Shown: positions 37,515 through 46,226 of the stretch, piece after piece
Position numbering within the stretch: position 1 is the first letter of the stretch
How the letters are laid out: every line of letters begins with the position of its first letter
Source of the DNA: Sandaracinus sp.
GTDB lineage: Bacteria > Myxococcota_A > Polyangia > Polyangiales > Houyiibacteriaceae
NCBI GenBank assembly: GCA_020633125.1
Contig: JACKEH010000005.1
Location: forward strand, 3,954 to 67,953
DNA length: 64,000 nucleotides
Direction of reading: 5' to 3'
Translations under genes and position numbers: made by a program
The notes under the pieces: generated by a model
Databases searched by the model: none
Told to the model about the DNA's origin: nothing
What the model saw: only the letters and a program-made list of their open reading frames with translations

Positions 37515-38597
37515 ATGAAGAAGCTTCGTTTGCTGGCGGGTCTGTACGCCGCCCTGGCCGCGATGACCGGCTGTGTCGTCGAGGTCAACTTCGAACCCAT
37601 CGGCGGCGACGTGACCGTCCAGGGCAACTGGACCATCAACGGCGGCGTCGCGGACGCCACGAGCTGCGGTGCCGCGGGCATCCAGACGGTTCGCCTCCAG
37701 GTCTGCGAGTTCGTCGACGGCGATTGCTACACGGCGACCAACCTCCAGGCCGCGTGCAGCGCCGGCGCGCTCAACACCGGGCCGCTCCTGCTCGCCGACA
37801 CCTACGCGCTGCGTTGGCAGGCGATCCTCACCGACGGAACGGTCAGCAACGGCGCCTGGGAGACGGTCACCGCCCCTGCCGCCAGCACCATCACGACCAG
37901 CGTGAACTTCGAGACTGCGGGTCCGGCCGAGGACACCCTCGCGGGCACCTGGACGGTCGGCGGTGCGCCGGCGGACGCGACGAGCTGCGCGTCGGCGGGC
38001 ATCATGAACGTGCGCCTCGCGTTCTACACGGACGACCAGGGCGTCAACCTCTTCCGCCAGACCACCTTCCCCTGCAGCGACGGTGGCTTCGACAGCCGCA
38101 CCGGCATGGGCCCGACGCTCCCCGACGGAATGTACTACAGCGAGTGGCAGGCCCTCGACGCGAGCGGCGCCGTGATCGCCGCGAGCGAGCTTCCGCTCCT
38201 CGAGCTCGACACCTCGGCCGTCACCCACGCGAACCTCGCGCCGGTCGACTTCCCCGCGGGTGAGCCGATGCTCACGATCAACGTCCGCTACGAGATCCCG
38301 GGCACCGGCACGGACGGCACCTGCGCCGAGGCCGGCGTCAGCAACAACCGCTACATCTTCGACCTCTTCACGGCGGCCGGCGCGGCGGTCTCGCTCGACC
38401 CCGACATCACCACCTGCGTGAACCAGGTCGAGCTGCCGGGCCTTCCGGCGGGCAGCTACAACCTCGAGATCGCGGCGGAGAGCGCCGACGGCTCGATCAA
38501 GTGGGGCACCGGCGCGATGGCCGCGTCGAGCTGTGGTGGCATCTCGTACGACGGTGGCCGAGTGGAGTTCGACTGCTTCGTCGACATCACGCCCTGA
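37515..38597 (+). CDS. lipoprotein with three ~105-aa internal repeats
   Basis: Lipobox LAAMTGC. Three repeats share G(N/T)WT(I/V)xGxxADATSCxxAGI / GTDGTCAEAGV and conserved Cys spacing. Followed by a strong terminator. Confidence 0.7.
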   Translation: MKKLRLLAGLYAALAAMTGCVVEVNFEPIGGDVTVQGNWTINGGVADATSCGAAGIQTVRLQVCEFVDGDCYTATNLQAACSAGALNTGPLLLADTYALRWQAILTDGTVSNGAWETVTAPAASTITTSVNFETAGPAEDTLAGTWTVGGAPADATSCASAGIMNVRLAFYTDDQGVNLFRQTTFPCSDGGFDSRTGMGPTLPDGMYYSEWQALDASGAVIAASELPLLELDTSAVTHANLAPVDFPAGEPMLTINVRYEIPGTGTDGTCAEAGVSNNRYIFDLFTAAGAAVSLDPDITTCVNQVELPGLPAGSYNLEIAAESADGSIKWGTGAMAASSCGGISYDGGRVEFDCFVDITP

Positions 38598-38618
38598 TCG
38601 TCTGCGCGTAAATCGAAA

Positions 38619-38648
38619 GACGGCGCCCCTCGAGGGCGCCGTTTTTTC
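38619..38648. terminator. rho-independent terminator (bidirectional position)
   Basis: GACGGCGCCC-ctcga-GGGCGCCGT followed by TTTTTT. Lies between the convergent genes ending at 38597 and 38660. Confidence 0.8.
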
Positions 38649-38659
38649 TTCCGTCGATC

Positions 38660-39613
38660 TCACTCACGGGTGATCGCGAAGACGTACACGCCTCCCGCGC
38701 CGGCCGCGATCACACGTCGGTCGCCGTCGAGGACGATGTCCTCGCCGTTCTCGCTGTCCGCGCGCGCGAGCAGGGTGCGGGTACCGAGGTCGAAGAGGGC
38801 GACGCCGCGGTTGAAGCCGAGGCCGGCCATCCAGGGGCCGTCGATCGAGAACGAGGTCAGGTCCTCGGGGAAGTCGCCGCGAGCGATGGGGCCGACGGTG
38901 GCGCGGCCGTTCGTCAGGGTCGTCGTGTCGCCCGAGACGAGCACGAGGCGGCCGTCCGCCGCGCTGGCGAGGGCCGCGTTGCCGGGTGCGGCGCTTCGGC
39001 CGCGTTCGGCGAGGGTGATCGGGTCGAGCTCCACGAGCACGTAGTCGCCGCCGTCGGTGGCCAGCGCGAAGACGGCGTCGTCGGTGCTGGCGACCTCGCG
39101 CACGTCGGCGAGGTCCACGCGGGTACCGACGACTCCGTCGGCGCCGACGAGCTCGACGGCGGCGAAGTCCACCGCGCGCACGAAGCCGGCCCCGTGCGCG
39201 GCGACGGAGTGCGTGCGGCCCTCGAGCTGCGCGATCGTGGTGCCCGCCGGGTCGAGCAGAACGAGGAACGAGAACGTGCCCACGGCGAGGCGATCGTCGG
39301 ACCACGCCATCGCGCCGTCTTGAAAGAGATCGCCGTCGCCGATGCGGTGCAGCTCGGTGCCGGGGCTGCCGTCCAGCGGCAAGGAGACGATGCGCTTGCC
39401 CCAACCCGAGGCGGCGACGCGGACTCCGTCGGGCGAGAGCGCGAGCGAAACCACCTGCGCGGGCTCCTCGGCGGCGAAGGTCAGCGTGGTCGGCGCGGCG
39501 AGGGTGGGGCGCGTGGCCGTCGCGCGGTCCGAGGCGGGGGCGTCGACCGGCCCTTCGTCCTTCTCGCACGTGCAGCCGATCATCAAGAAAAGACAGAGGA
39601 TTGTTCTGGGCAT
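38660..39613 (-). CDS. lipoprotein, possibly beta-propeller-like
   Basis: Lipobox ILCLFLMIGC (ATG at 39611-39613, or 12 nt upstream). Repetitive strand-like segments (VVSLALSPDGVRVAASG, AMAWSDDRLAVGT, VFALATDGGDYVLV, GRLVLVSGD). Confidence 0.6.
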   Translation of the reverse strand: MPRTILCLFLMIGCTCEKDEGPVDAPASDRATATRPTLAAPTTLTFAAEEPAQVVSLALSPDGVRVAASGWGKRIVSLPLDGSPGTELHRIGDGDLFQDGAMAWSDDRLAVGTFSFLVLLDPAGTTIAQLEGRTHSVAAHGAGFVRAVDFAAVELVGADGVVGTRVDLADVREVASTDDAVFALATDGGDYVLVELDPITLAERGRSAAPGNAALASAADGRLVLVSGDTTTLTNGRATVGPIARGDFPEDLTSFSIDGPWMAGLGFNRGVALFDLGTRTLLARADSENGEDIVLDGDRRVIAAGAGGVYVFAITRE

Positions 39614-39648
39614 GGATGTTCCCATGCGGGAACATTCGGTGGGGCACC

Positions 39649-40515
39649 ATGCCGCGGCGTGAATCCGGAAACCATTGGCGCGAATCGGACGCGTCCGAGC
39701 CCGAGGCGGTGTGCGAAGCGCCTTCGAGCGATGCCCCGAGCGTCGCGATCCGCGAGCGCACCGGTGCGCTCGAACGCTTCTTCGTTGCCCCCTCCGAGCG
39801 GGTGTTGGTGCGCAGCACCTTCGTCCTCACGTGCACGCACGGCGGCGTTTGGGCGTTGCGTGCGTGGGGACGCGTCGAGCGCGAGAGCATCGACGAGCTC
39901 GTCGAGGTCTTGAGCAGGCTCGCCGAGCGCCCGGAGCGCCGACAGCTCTTCGACCTGCGTGGCATCGAGACCTACTCGGCCGACGCGATGGCCGCGGTGG
40001 TCGACTTCTACGCGAGCCACCCACGCTACGCGTCGACGATCGCGCGCGAGGCCGTCGTTCGGCCCGACGGGTTGGTGGGGGTGTTCGCGGAAGGGTTCTT
40101 CCGTGCGGTCGACGTGCCCTTTCCCACGACCGTCGTGACGGCAGAGGCCGACGCGCTCGCGTTTCTCGGCGAGCCGGCGGGCGCGCTCGCGTTCGAGGGG
40201 TGGGAGATCGAACGCGCGTCCGACGTCGTGTGGCGCGTGCGAGAGGCGGTCGTGGCCCTCGGCGCGAGCGCGCGTTTGGACGACGTCGCGAGGGCGCTCG
40301 GCACCAGCGGGCGAAGCCTTCAGCGTGGTCTCGCGGTGGAAGGCACGAGCTTCCGTTCGGTTCGGCGCGACGCGTTGGCGGATGAGATCGACCGCCTGCG
40401 TGCCTCGCAGCGTTGGACGTTGAAGGAGATCGCGGCGCGGCTCGGGTTTCGGAGCCTCGGGCGGCTTTCGGAGCTCTATCGGGAGGCGCGGGGGCGGGCG
40501 CCGAGTCGGGGGTAG
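39649..40515 (+). CDS. AraC-family transcriptional regulator
   Basis: C-terminal AraC-type double HTH (LDDVARALGTSGRSLQRGLAVEGTSFRSVRRDALADEIDRLRASQRWTLKEIAARLGFRSLGRLSELY). The start is uncertain. Confidence 0.65.
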   Translation: MPRRESGNHWRESDASEPEAVCEAPSSDAPSVAIRERTGALERFFVAPSERVLVRSTFVLTCTHGGVWALRAWGRVERESIDELVEVLSRLAERPERRQLFDLRGIETYSADAMAAVVDFYASHPRYASTIAREAVVRPDGLVGVFAEGFFRAVDVPFPTTVVTAEADALAFLGEPAGALAFEGWEIERASDVVWRVREAVVALGASARLDDVARALGTSGRSLQRGLAVEGTSFRSVRRDALADEIDRLRASQRWTLKEIAARLGFRSLGRLSELYREARGRAPSRG

Positions 40516-40586
40516 ACGGAGTCGGAGACGGAGTCGGAGACGGAGTCGGAGTCGGAGTCGGAGTCGGAGTCGGAGACGGAGACGCC
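40516..40586 (+). repeat. hexanucleotide array (GWCGGA) x12
   Basis: GACGGA GTCGGA GACGGA GTCGGA ... starts at the base after the AraC stop codon. Followed by ~34-nt repeats CGCGCTTCGC(A/G)CTTCGGAGACGCC at 40587-40720. Confidence 0.9.
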
Positions 40587-40795
40587 GCGTCGCGGCACCG
40601 CGCTTCGCACTTCGGAGACGCCGCGTTGCGGCCGCGCTTCGCGCTTCGGAGACGCCGCTTCGCGGGCGCCGCGCTTCGGAGTCGCCGCTTCGCGGGGTCT
40701 CGAACACCGACGCCGCCGCCGAATCCCGCAAAGCAGCCGAAGTGCGCAGCGGGTGAGACGAAAGCTGCCGAAATGCTCGCTTCGCCGGCGAGCCT

Positions 40796-41126
40796 TCACC
40801 GCTTGTGGAGCATTCGCCAGCAGGCGCCGGCGATTCGGTCGGCGAGTCGGAACGCGCGCTCCGCGTCCGCCGCGTCGACGTAGCCGAGGCACCGCGCGAT
40901 GTGCAGCGCCGCCTTGGTCTCTTGCGCGGAGCCGAAGGCCGATTGGTAGCGAAGGCGACGGTTGCCGCCGTCGTGCCCGCCAGACTCGGCGAGATTGAGC
41001 GGCACGTCGCAGCTGGTCCGCGAGCGGCCGGTCGTGACGCGCCACCGCTTTCAGCACGCCGGGCAAAGCGGCGATGAGGTCGTACGAGAGGTTCAGGGCT
41101 TGGAAGGTCGGGATGGGCTGGCTCAT
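40796..41126 (-). pseudogene. four-helix-bundle protein gene (PF05635, 23S rRNA-intervening-sequence protein / Avd family), frameshifted
   Basis: The N-terminal part MSQPIPTFQALNLSYDLIAALPGVLKAVARHDRPLADQLRRAA is in one frame (from ATG at 41124-41126). The family core PLNLAESGG...FGSAQETKAALHIARCLGYVDAADAERAFRLADRIAG is in another frame (41005-40796). A few codons appear deleted at the RRAA/PLN junction. Confidence 0.7.
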
Positions 41127-41233
41127 GCAGCCTCCCAAGCGAAAGAGGCGTGACGGCCGGCACGAGCTCCACGGTTTCGAACGAAGGCTGGCGCGACTGT
41201 TTCGCCCAAGAGCGCATGAGCCAGCCCATCCCG
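41109..41233. repeat. 20-bp perfect inverted repeat (CGGGATGGGCTGGCTCATGC / GCATGAGCCAGCCCATCCCG) with an 85-nt spacer
   Basis: Left arm 41109-41128 covers the start codon of the four-helix-bundle gene. Right arm 41214-41233 is its inverted copy, including the ATG and the first 6 codons (MSQPIP). Confidence 0.9.
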
Positions 41234-41376
41234 GCCTGGAAAGCCCGCCCCCAAAGCAGCCCCTTCGATGCCAGCACCCCCACTTCTCAACCTCGACCAA
41301 GCCGGGCGCTCACGGCGAAAGAAGAACCGAGCGCGAAGCGCGAGCTGTCTCCACTGAAGAGCGCGAAGCGCGAGGT

Positions 41377-41530
41377 CACCGCCGCCGACAGCGCCACCGC
41401 CACCGCCACCGCCACCGACACCGACACCGACACCGACACGACACCGACACCGCCACCGCCACCGACAGCGCCACCGACAGCGCCACCGACACCGACACCG
41501 ACACCGACACCCACCGCCACCGACACCGCG
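41377..41530 (+). repeat. hexanucleotide array (CACCGM/CAGCGC) about x25
   Basis: CACCGCCACCGCCACCGACACCGACACCGACACC... ends 4 nt before the lhr stop codon. The reverse complement (GGTGKC)n resembles the 40516 array in inverted orientation. Preceded by GAGCGCGAAGCGCG motifs, which are the inverse of those at 40587-40720. Confidence 0.9.
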
Positions 41531-41534
41531 AGCG

Positions 41535-44500
41535 TCACTCCACCCGACGAAACAGCGTCTCCCCCGCCCGCACGAACCCGCCCTCCACGAACGCCTCCGC
41601 AAGCCCGCTGCTCGTCGCCGTCCCGCCGTCCACCCGCGCAAGCTCCACTCCCGCGCCCCCACGCCGCCCACGCGCGATGCCTTCGCCGCGTCCGACCGCC
41701 TCCACCAACGCGGCCTTCGCGTGCGTGCGTTCGGGCTCCTGCTCGGGAAGGAAGCTCGTGAGCGACTTGCCGCCGCGTCCGAGAAAACCGACGAGCGCGC
41801 CCCGGTGCAGCACCACGCGCGCGCCCGCTTGGCGTTTCGCGGTCTCGGAGCCTTCTGGCGCCGAGGGCCAGCTCAACGCCGCGCCGTAGGCGTTCGCGGG
41901 ATCGTCGGCGGCGAGAAGGGTCGCGAGGGTCTCTTCGTCGTGGCGTCGATCGCGCAGGCGGTCCTCCGCGCCGGGCAGCGCGAACTGCGCGGCTCCGAGG
42001 CCCGAGACGAAGTAACCGCGGCGCACGCGGCCGGTCTCCTCCATCGCTTTGAGCACCGGGTAGACGGCCGAGAAGCCGCCGGGCAGGCCGAGCGCGCGAA
42101 GCTCGGCGTGCACGGCTTCGCGGACGAGCACGCCGTGACGCTCGAGCAGCTGGGTCGCGAGCGCTTCGAGACGTTGGGTGACGTTCGACTCGGTCGGTGG
42201 AAGGAGCGACCAGCGTCCTTCGCTGCCGGCGGGGCCCGCCGTCGTGCGTGCGCCGAGGCGCGTGCGTCGGGACGAGCGGCGTGCCGGCGCGCGCAACGAA
42301 CGGAGCGGCGCGAGGGTGTCGTTCGTCACCTCGCCGGCCCACACGAGATCCCAGAGCGTCTCGTGCAGCTCGGCCGGCATGCGCGCCGTCTCGCGGACCA
42401 GATCGCGGAAGAAGACCGCGCCTCGCTGGGCGAGCAGCTCGCGCACGCGCGCGGCGAGCTCCGTGTCGCGGGGTGCGCGCGTCTCGTCGGGCTCACGGGG
42501 CGCGAGGAGCGGGTAGTGGTCGGCGAGGTAGAGCGCGATGCGGCCGTCCTTTTCACCGAGCGGTTGCAGGCCGCGCCAGATCACCTCGCCGGTCGCGCAG
42601 AGCTCGTCGAGGTCGCGCGGGTCGAAACGCGCGAGCCGCGCGGGCAACACGCGGGACTCGAGGTCGCTGGCTGCGATGGGCGCGCCTTGCAGCTGCTCGA
42701 TCACGCCGACCAAGGCGTCGAGACCACGGCGGTCCACGCCGACGCCCTGCCATTGCAGCAGGAAGCGTTGGTAGGCCGTGGGCTCGACCGGTTCGACCTC
42801 GGCGCGAAGCTTGGCGAGCGAGCGGCGCTTGATGCGGCGAAGCACCTCGACGTCGCAATGCTCGTGGCCGCCGCGACGCCCTCGCTCGCGCATGAGCGAG
42901 GTCGGCAGCAGCTCGCCGACCGCCAAACGACCCGCGTTGGCGAGGCGCGCGAGCGTCTCTTTCACCGGCGCGACGCCGAGACCGAGACGCGACGCGCATT
43001 CGTCGGCGGTGAAGGGACCGTGCGTGCGTGCGTAGCGACCGACGAGCTGCCCGAGGGGATCGTCCACCGGGCCGAGCAGCGATTGCGGCAGACCGCGCGG
43101 CGGAACCACACCGAGCGCGTCGCGAAAACGCGCGACGTCTTCCACCGCCGCGAGGCGAAGCTCGCCGCCGACGCGTAGCTCGACCAGGCGCCGCGCGGCG
43201 AGCAGACCGTCGAGCCAAGCGTCGAGCGGTCCGTCGCTGTGGTAGGCGTGCAGCTCGTCGCGCGAGAGGTCGCCGATCGCCAGCAGGAGGTCGTGGACGT
43301 CGTCTTCGCCGCCGAGCGTGCGGTCCAAACGCAAGAGCTGTCGTTCGACCTCGACCACCGCGTCGGCATCGAGCAGCTCGCGAAGCTCGGGCTCGCCGAG
43401 CAACGCACGGAGCTGTGCGTGGTCGAGTGTGAGCGCTTGGGCGCGGCGTTCCGCGAGCGGCGCGTCGCCCTCGTACATGAAGCTCGCGACGTAGTGAAAG
43501 AGCAGCGCCGCCGCGAAAGGCGAGGGCGCTTTGGTCTCGACCGAGCTCACGCGCACGCGGCGATCGCCGACGTCGCGCAGCAACGACTGGAGCGCGCCGA
43601 GATCGAAGACGTCGCGCAACACCTCGCGGTAGGTCTCGAGCACGATCGGGAAGTCGTTGGCTTCCGACGCGACCTGCAGGAGCTGCGCGCTCTTGCGTCG
43701 CTGGGCCCAGAGCGGCGTGCGTTGCCCCGGGCGTTTGCGCGGCAAGAGCAGCGCACGTGCGGCGTTCTCGCGAAAATGCGACGCGAAGAGCGAGGTGGAC
43801 GAGAGTCGCTCCGTGACGAGGCGCTCGACCTCGTCGGGGTCGGGCAAGAAGAACGCGTCCTCGGGTGGCTCGTCGACGTCGACGAAGCGGAAGACGATGC
43901 CGTCGTCCGCGTGAAGCACGTCGGCTTCGATGCCGCGCTCGCGGCTCAAGCGCGCTTGCACCGCCGTGGCCCAAGGGGCGTGCACGGGCGTGCCGAAGGG
44001 CGTGAGCACCGCGACGACGGGATCGCCGAGCTCGTCGAGGAAACGTTCGATCACGATGCGCCGGTCGGTGGGCACCGCGCTGACGTTCTCTTGGTCGCGC
44101 AGGTAGCGGACGAGGTTGTCGGCCGCGCGCGCGTCGAGACCGTGACGCTCGACGAGCTCGGCCACGGCTTCGTCGTCGCTGCGCTTGAGCAAGGTGCGCG
44201 CGAGCTCGCCGATCGCGCGGCCGAAGTCCACCGGACGACCCGGGCGGTCGCCGCGCCAGAACGGCATCTTGCCGGGCTCGCCGGGTGCAGGGCTCACGAG
44301 CACGCGGTCGTGGGTGATCTCTTCGATGCGCCACGAGCTCGCGCCGAGCAGGAAAATCTCGCCTTCGCGTGACTCGAAGACCATCTCTTCGTCGAGCTCA
44401 CCGACGCGGATCGGTTTCTCTTGGCCGGCGAGGAAGACGCCGTAGAGGCCACGGTCGGGGATGGTGCCGGCGTTCGCGACCGCGAGCAGACGTGCGCCCT

Positions 44501-46166
44501 TGCGCGGACGAAGTACGCCTTCGATGCGGTCGTAGGTGAGGCGCGCGCGAAGCTCGCCGAAACGCTCGCTGGGGTAGCGCCCACTGAGCATGTCGAGCAC
44601 GCCTTCGAAGCTGCGTCGCGGAAGCTCGGCGAAAGGCGCCGCGCGTCGCGTGAGCGCGTAGGCCTCGTCGACGCGAATCTCTCCCCGCTCGACCACGAGC
44701 GCCACGAGCTGTTGCGCCAGCACGTCGAGCGGATTGCGCGGGTAGAAGGTCGCTTCGACCTTTCCTTCGCGCAGGTGCTGCACGACGGCCGCGCAGGCGA
44801 GCAGGTCGCCGCGGTATTTGGGGAAGATGCGCCCTCGGCTCACCGCGCCGACTTGGTGGCCCGCGCGACCGATGCGCTGAATGCCGGAGGCGACGCTCGG
44901 CGGGGCTTCGATCTGAATCACCAGATCGACGGCACCGACGTCGATGCCGAGCTCGAGCGAGCTCGTCGCCACGATCGCGGGAAGCAGGCCGCGTTTGAGT
45001 CGATCTTCGACCTCCGCGCGCATGTCCTTGGCCATCGAGCCGTGGTGCGCGCGGCAGAGGTTCGGATCGCCCGCGAGCTCGTTGAGCGCGTCGGAGAGCC
45101 GCTCGGCGAGCCGGCGGCTGTTGACGAAGATCATCGTCGAGCGATGCGCGCGAATCAGCGCGACGAGGCGCGGATGAATCGCGGGCCACACGCTCGTCGG
45201 ACCGGTGCGGCCGATCGGCGCGGACATCGGGTCGCCGAGGGGATCCGCGTCGAGCGCGACCAACCCGAGCTCCGCGTCGATCGCGTCGAGGTCGACGTCC
45301 GAGGTGTCGGGCCTCGGTGGCGGAGGCTCGAGGTCGAGCCGCGCGAGGTCTTCGACCGGCACTTCGACCGAGACCTCAAACGCCTTCGGTGCCTTCGCGT
45401 CGACGAGCGTCACGTCGCGCGGCACGAAGATTTCGCCCTCCGGACGAAGCCCGCCGAGAAAACGCGCGACCTCGTCGAGCGGGCGTTGGGTCGCCGACAA
45501 CCCGATGCGCTGCATCGGCGTGACGGACGAGCCCGACGAGCCGGATGGCGCGTCCGAGGTACGAATCGCCTCCAGGCGCTCGAGCGAGAGCGCGAGGTGC
45601 ACGCCGCGTTTGGTCGGCACGAGGTTGTGAATCTCGTCGACGATCAACGTCTCGACGGTGCGTAGGCCCTCGGACGCGCGCGACGCGAGCATCAGGTAGA
45701 GCGACTCCGGGGTCGTGATCAGGATCTCGGGCGGCTCGCGACGCAGCCGCTCACGTTCCGCCGCCGGCGTGTCGCCGCTGCGCACGCCGACGCTCACGTC
45801 GCGGCACGAGATCCCGAGGCGCTGCGCGGTCGCGCGAATGCCGGCCAGCGGCGCGCGAAGGTTTCGCTCGACGTCGACGCCGAGCGCCTTGAGCGGCGTG
45901 ACGTAGAGGACACGGACGCCGGACTTCGTGGGCGGCGGACCGAAGCAGAGGCGATCGATCGCGACGAGAAACGCCGAGAGCGTCTTGCCGGAGCCGGTCG
46001 GTGCGAGCAGCAACGTGGACGCGCCCGACGCGATCGCGGGCCACCCCTTCTTCTGCGCGAGCGTCGGGGCTTCGAAGGAGGCTTCGAACCACGCGCGGGT
46101 GGCGCGGTTGGCGAAGGCGAGCGGGGAGGACATGGGGCTTCCGAGGATGGCACGTGGGGGTGACAT
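41535..46166 (-). CDS. lhr: ATP-dependent DEAD/DEAH-box helicase Lhr (large helicase-related protein)
   Basis: LLLAPTGSGKTLSAF (Walker A), VDEIHNL (motif II), GLSATQ (motif III), HHGSMAKD, QRIGRAGH (motif VI). The long Lhr-type C-terminal extension gives ~1540 aa. An alternative ATG lies at 46133. Confidence 0.9.
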   Translation of the reverse strand: MSPPRAILGSPMSSPLAFANRATRAWFEASFEAPTLAQKKGWPAIASGASTLLLAPTGSGKTLSAFLVAIDRLCFGPPPTKSGVRVLYVTPLKALGVDVERNLRAPLAGIRATAQRLGISCRDVSVGVRSGDTPAAERERLRREPPEILITTPESLYLMLASRASEGLRTVETLIVDEIHNLVPTKRGVHLALSLERLEAIRTSDAPSGSSGSSVTPMQRIGLSATQRPLDEVARFLGGLRPEGEIFVPRDVTLVDAKAPKAFEVSVEVPVEDLARLDLEPPPPRPDTSDVDLDAIDAELGLVALDADPLGDPMSAPIGRTGPTSVWPAIHPRLVALIRAHRSTMIFVNSRRLAERLSDALNELAGDPNLCRAHHGSMAKDMRAEVEDRLKRGLLPAIVATSSLELGIDVGAVDLVIQIEAPPSVASGIQRIGRAGHQVGAVSRGRIFPKYRGDLLACAAVVQHLREGKVEATFYPRNPLDVLAQQLVALVVERGEIRVDEAYALTRRAAPFAELPRRSFEGVLDMLSGRYPSERFGELRARLTYDRIEGVLRPRKGARLLAVANAGTIPDRGLYGVFLAGQEKPIRVGELDEEMVFESREGEIFLLGASSWRIEEITHDRVLVSPAPGEPGKMPFWRGDRPGRPVDFGRAIGELARTLLKRSDDEAVAELVERHGLDARAADNLVRYLRDQENVSAVPTDRRIVIERFLDELGDPVVAVLTPFGTPVHAPWATAVQARLSRERGIEADVLHADDGIVFRFVDVDEPPEDAFFLPDPDEVERLVTERLSSTSLFASHFRENAARALLLPRKRPGQRTPLWAQRRKSAQLLQVASEANDFPIVLETYREVLRDVFDLGALQSLLRDVGDRRVRVSSVETKAPSPFAAALLFHYVASFMYEGDAPLAERRAQALTLDHAQLRALLGEPELRELLDADAVVEVERQLLRLDRTLGGEDDVHDLLLAIGDLSRDELHAYHSDGPLDAWLDGLLAARRLVELRVGGELRLAAVEDVARFRDALGVVPPRGLPQSLLGPVDDPLGQLVGRYARTHGPFTADECASRLGLGVAPVKETLARLANAGRLAVGELLPTSLMRERGRRGGHEHCDVEVLRRIKRRSLAKLRAEVEPVEPTAYQRFLLQWQGVGVDRRGLDALVGVIEQLQGAPIAASDLESRVLPARLARFDPRDLDELCATGEVIWRGLQPLGEKDGRIALYLADHYPLLAPREPDETRAPRDTELAARVRELLAQRGAVFFRDLVRETARMPAELHETLWDLVWAGEVTNDTLAPLRSLRAPARRSSRRTRLGARTTAGPAGSEGRWSLLPPTESNVTQRLEALATQLLERHGVLVREAVHAELRALGLPGGFSAVYPVLKAMEETGRVRRGYFVSGLGAAQFALPGAEDRLRDRRHDEETLATLLAADDPANAYGAALSWPSAPEGSETAKRQAGARVVLHRGALVGFLGRGGKSLTSFLPEQEPERTHAKAALVEAVGRGEGIARGRRGGAGVELARVDGGTATSSGLAEAFVEGGFVRAGETLFRRVE

Positions 46167-46226
46167 CGGCTCCGCGTCGGCTTTCCTCGCTTCTTTGCCG
46201 TCGGTAGGTCGGACGCGCGCCGGTGC

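Noticed and set aside
41150-41761. 203-aa ORF with TATATATDTDTDTD / TPTPTPTP repeats. Similar ORFs run through other arrays: 40413-40883 (GDGVGDGV), 48645-49733 (EAEAEA), 54994-55587 (PVPVPV) and 54074-56536 (ARARAR).
   Set aside because: The dipeptide repeats are simply translations of the period-6 DNA arrays. The flanking parts are Arg/Pro-rich with no start context or motifs.
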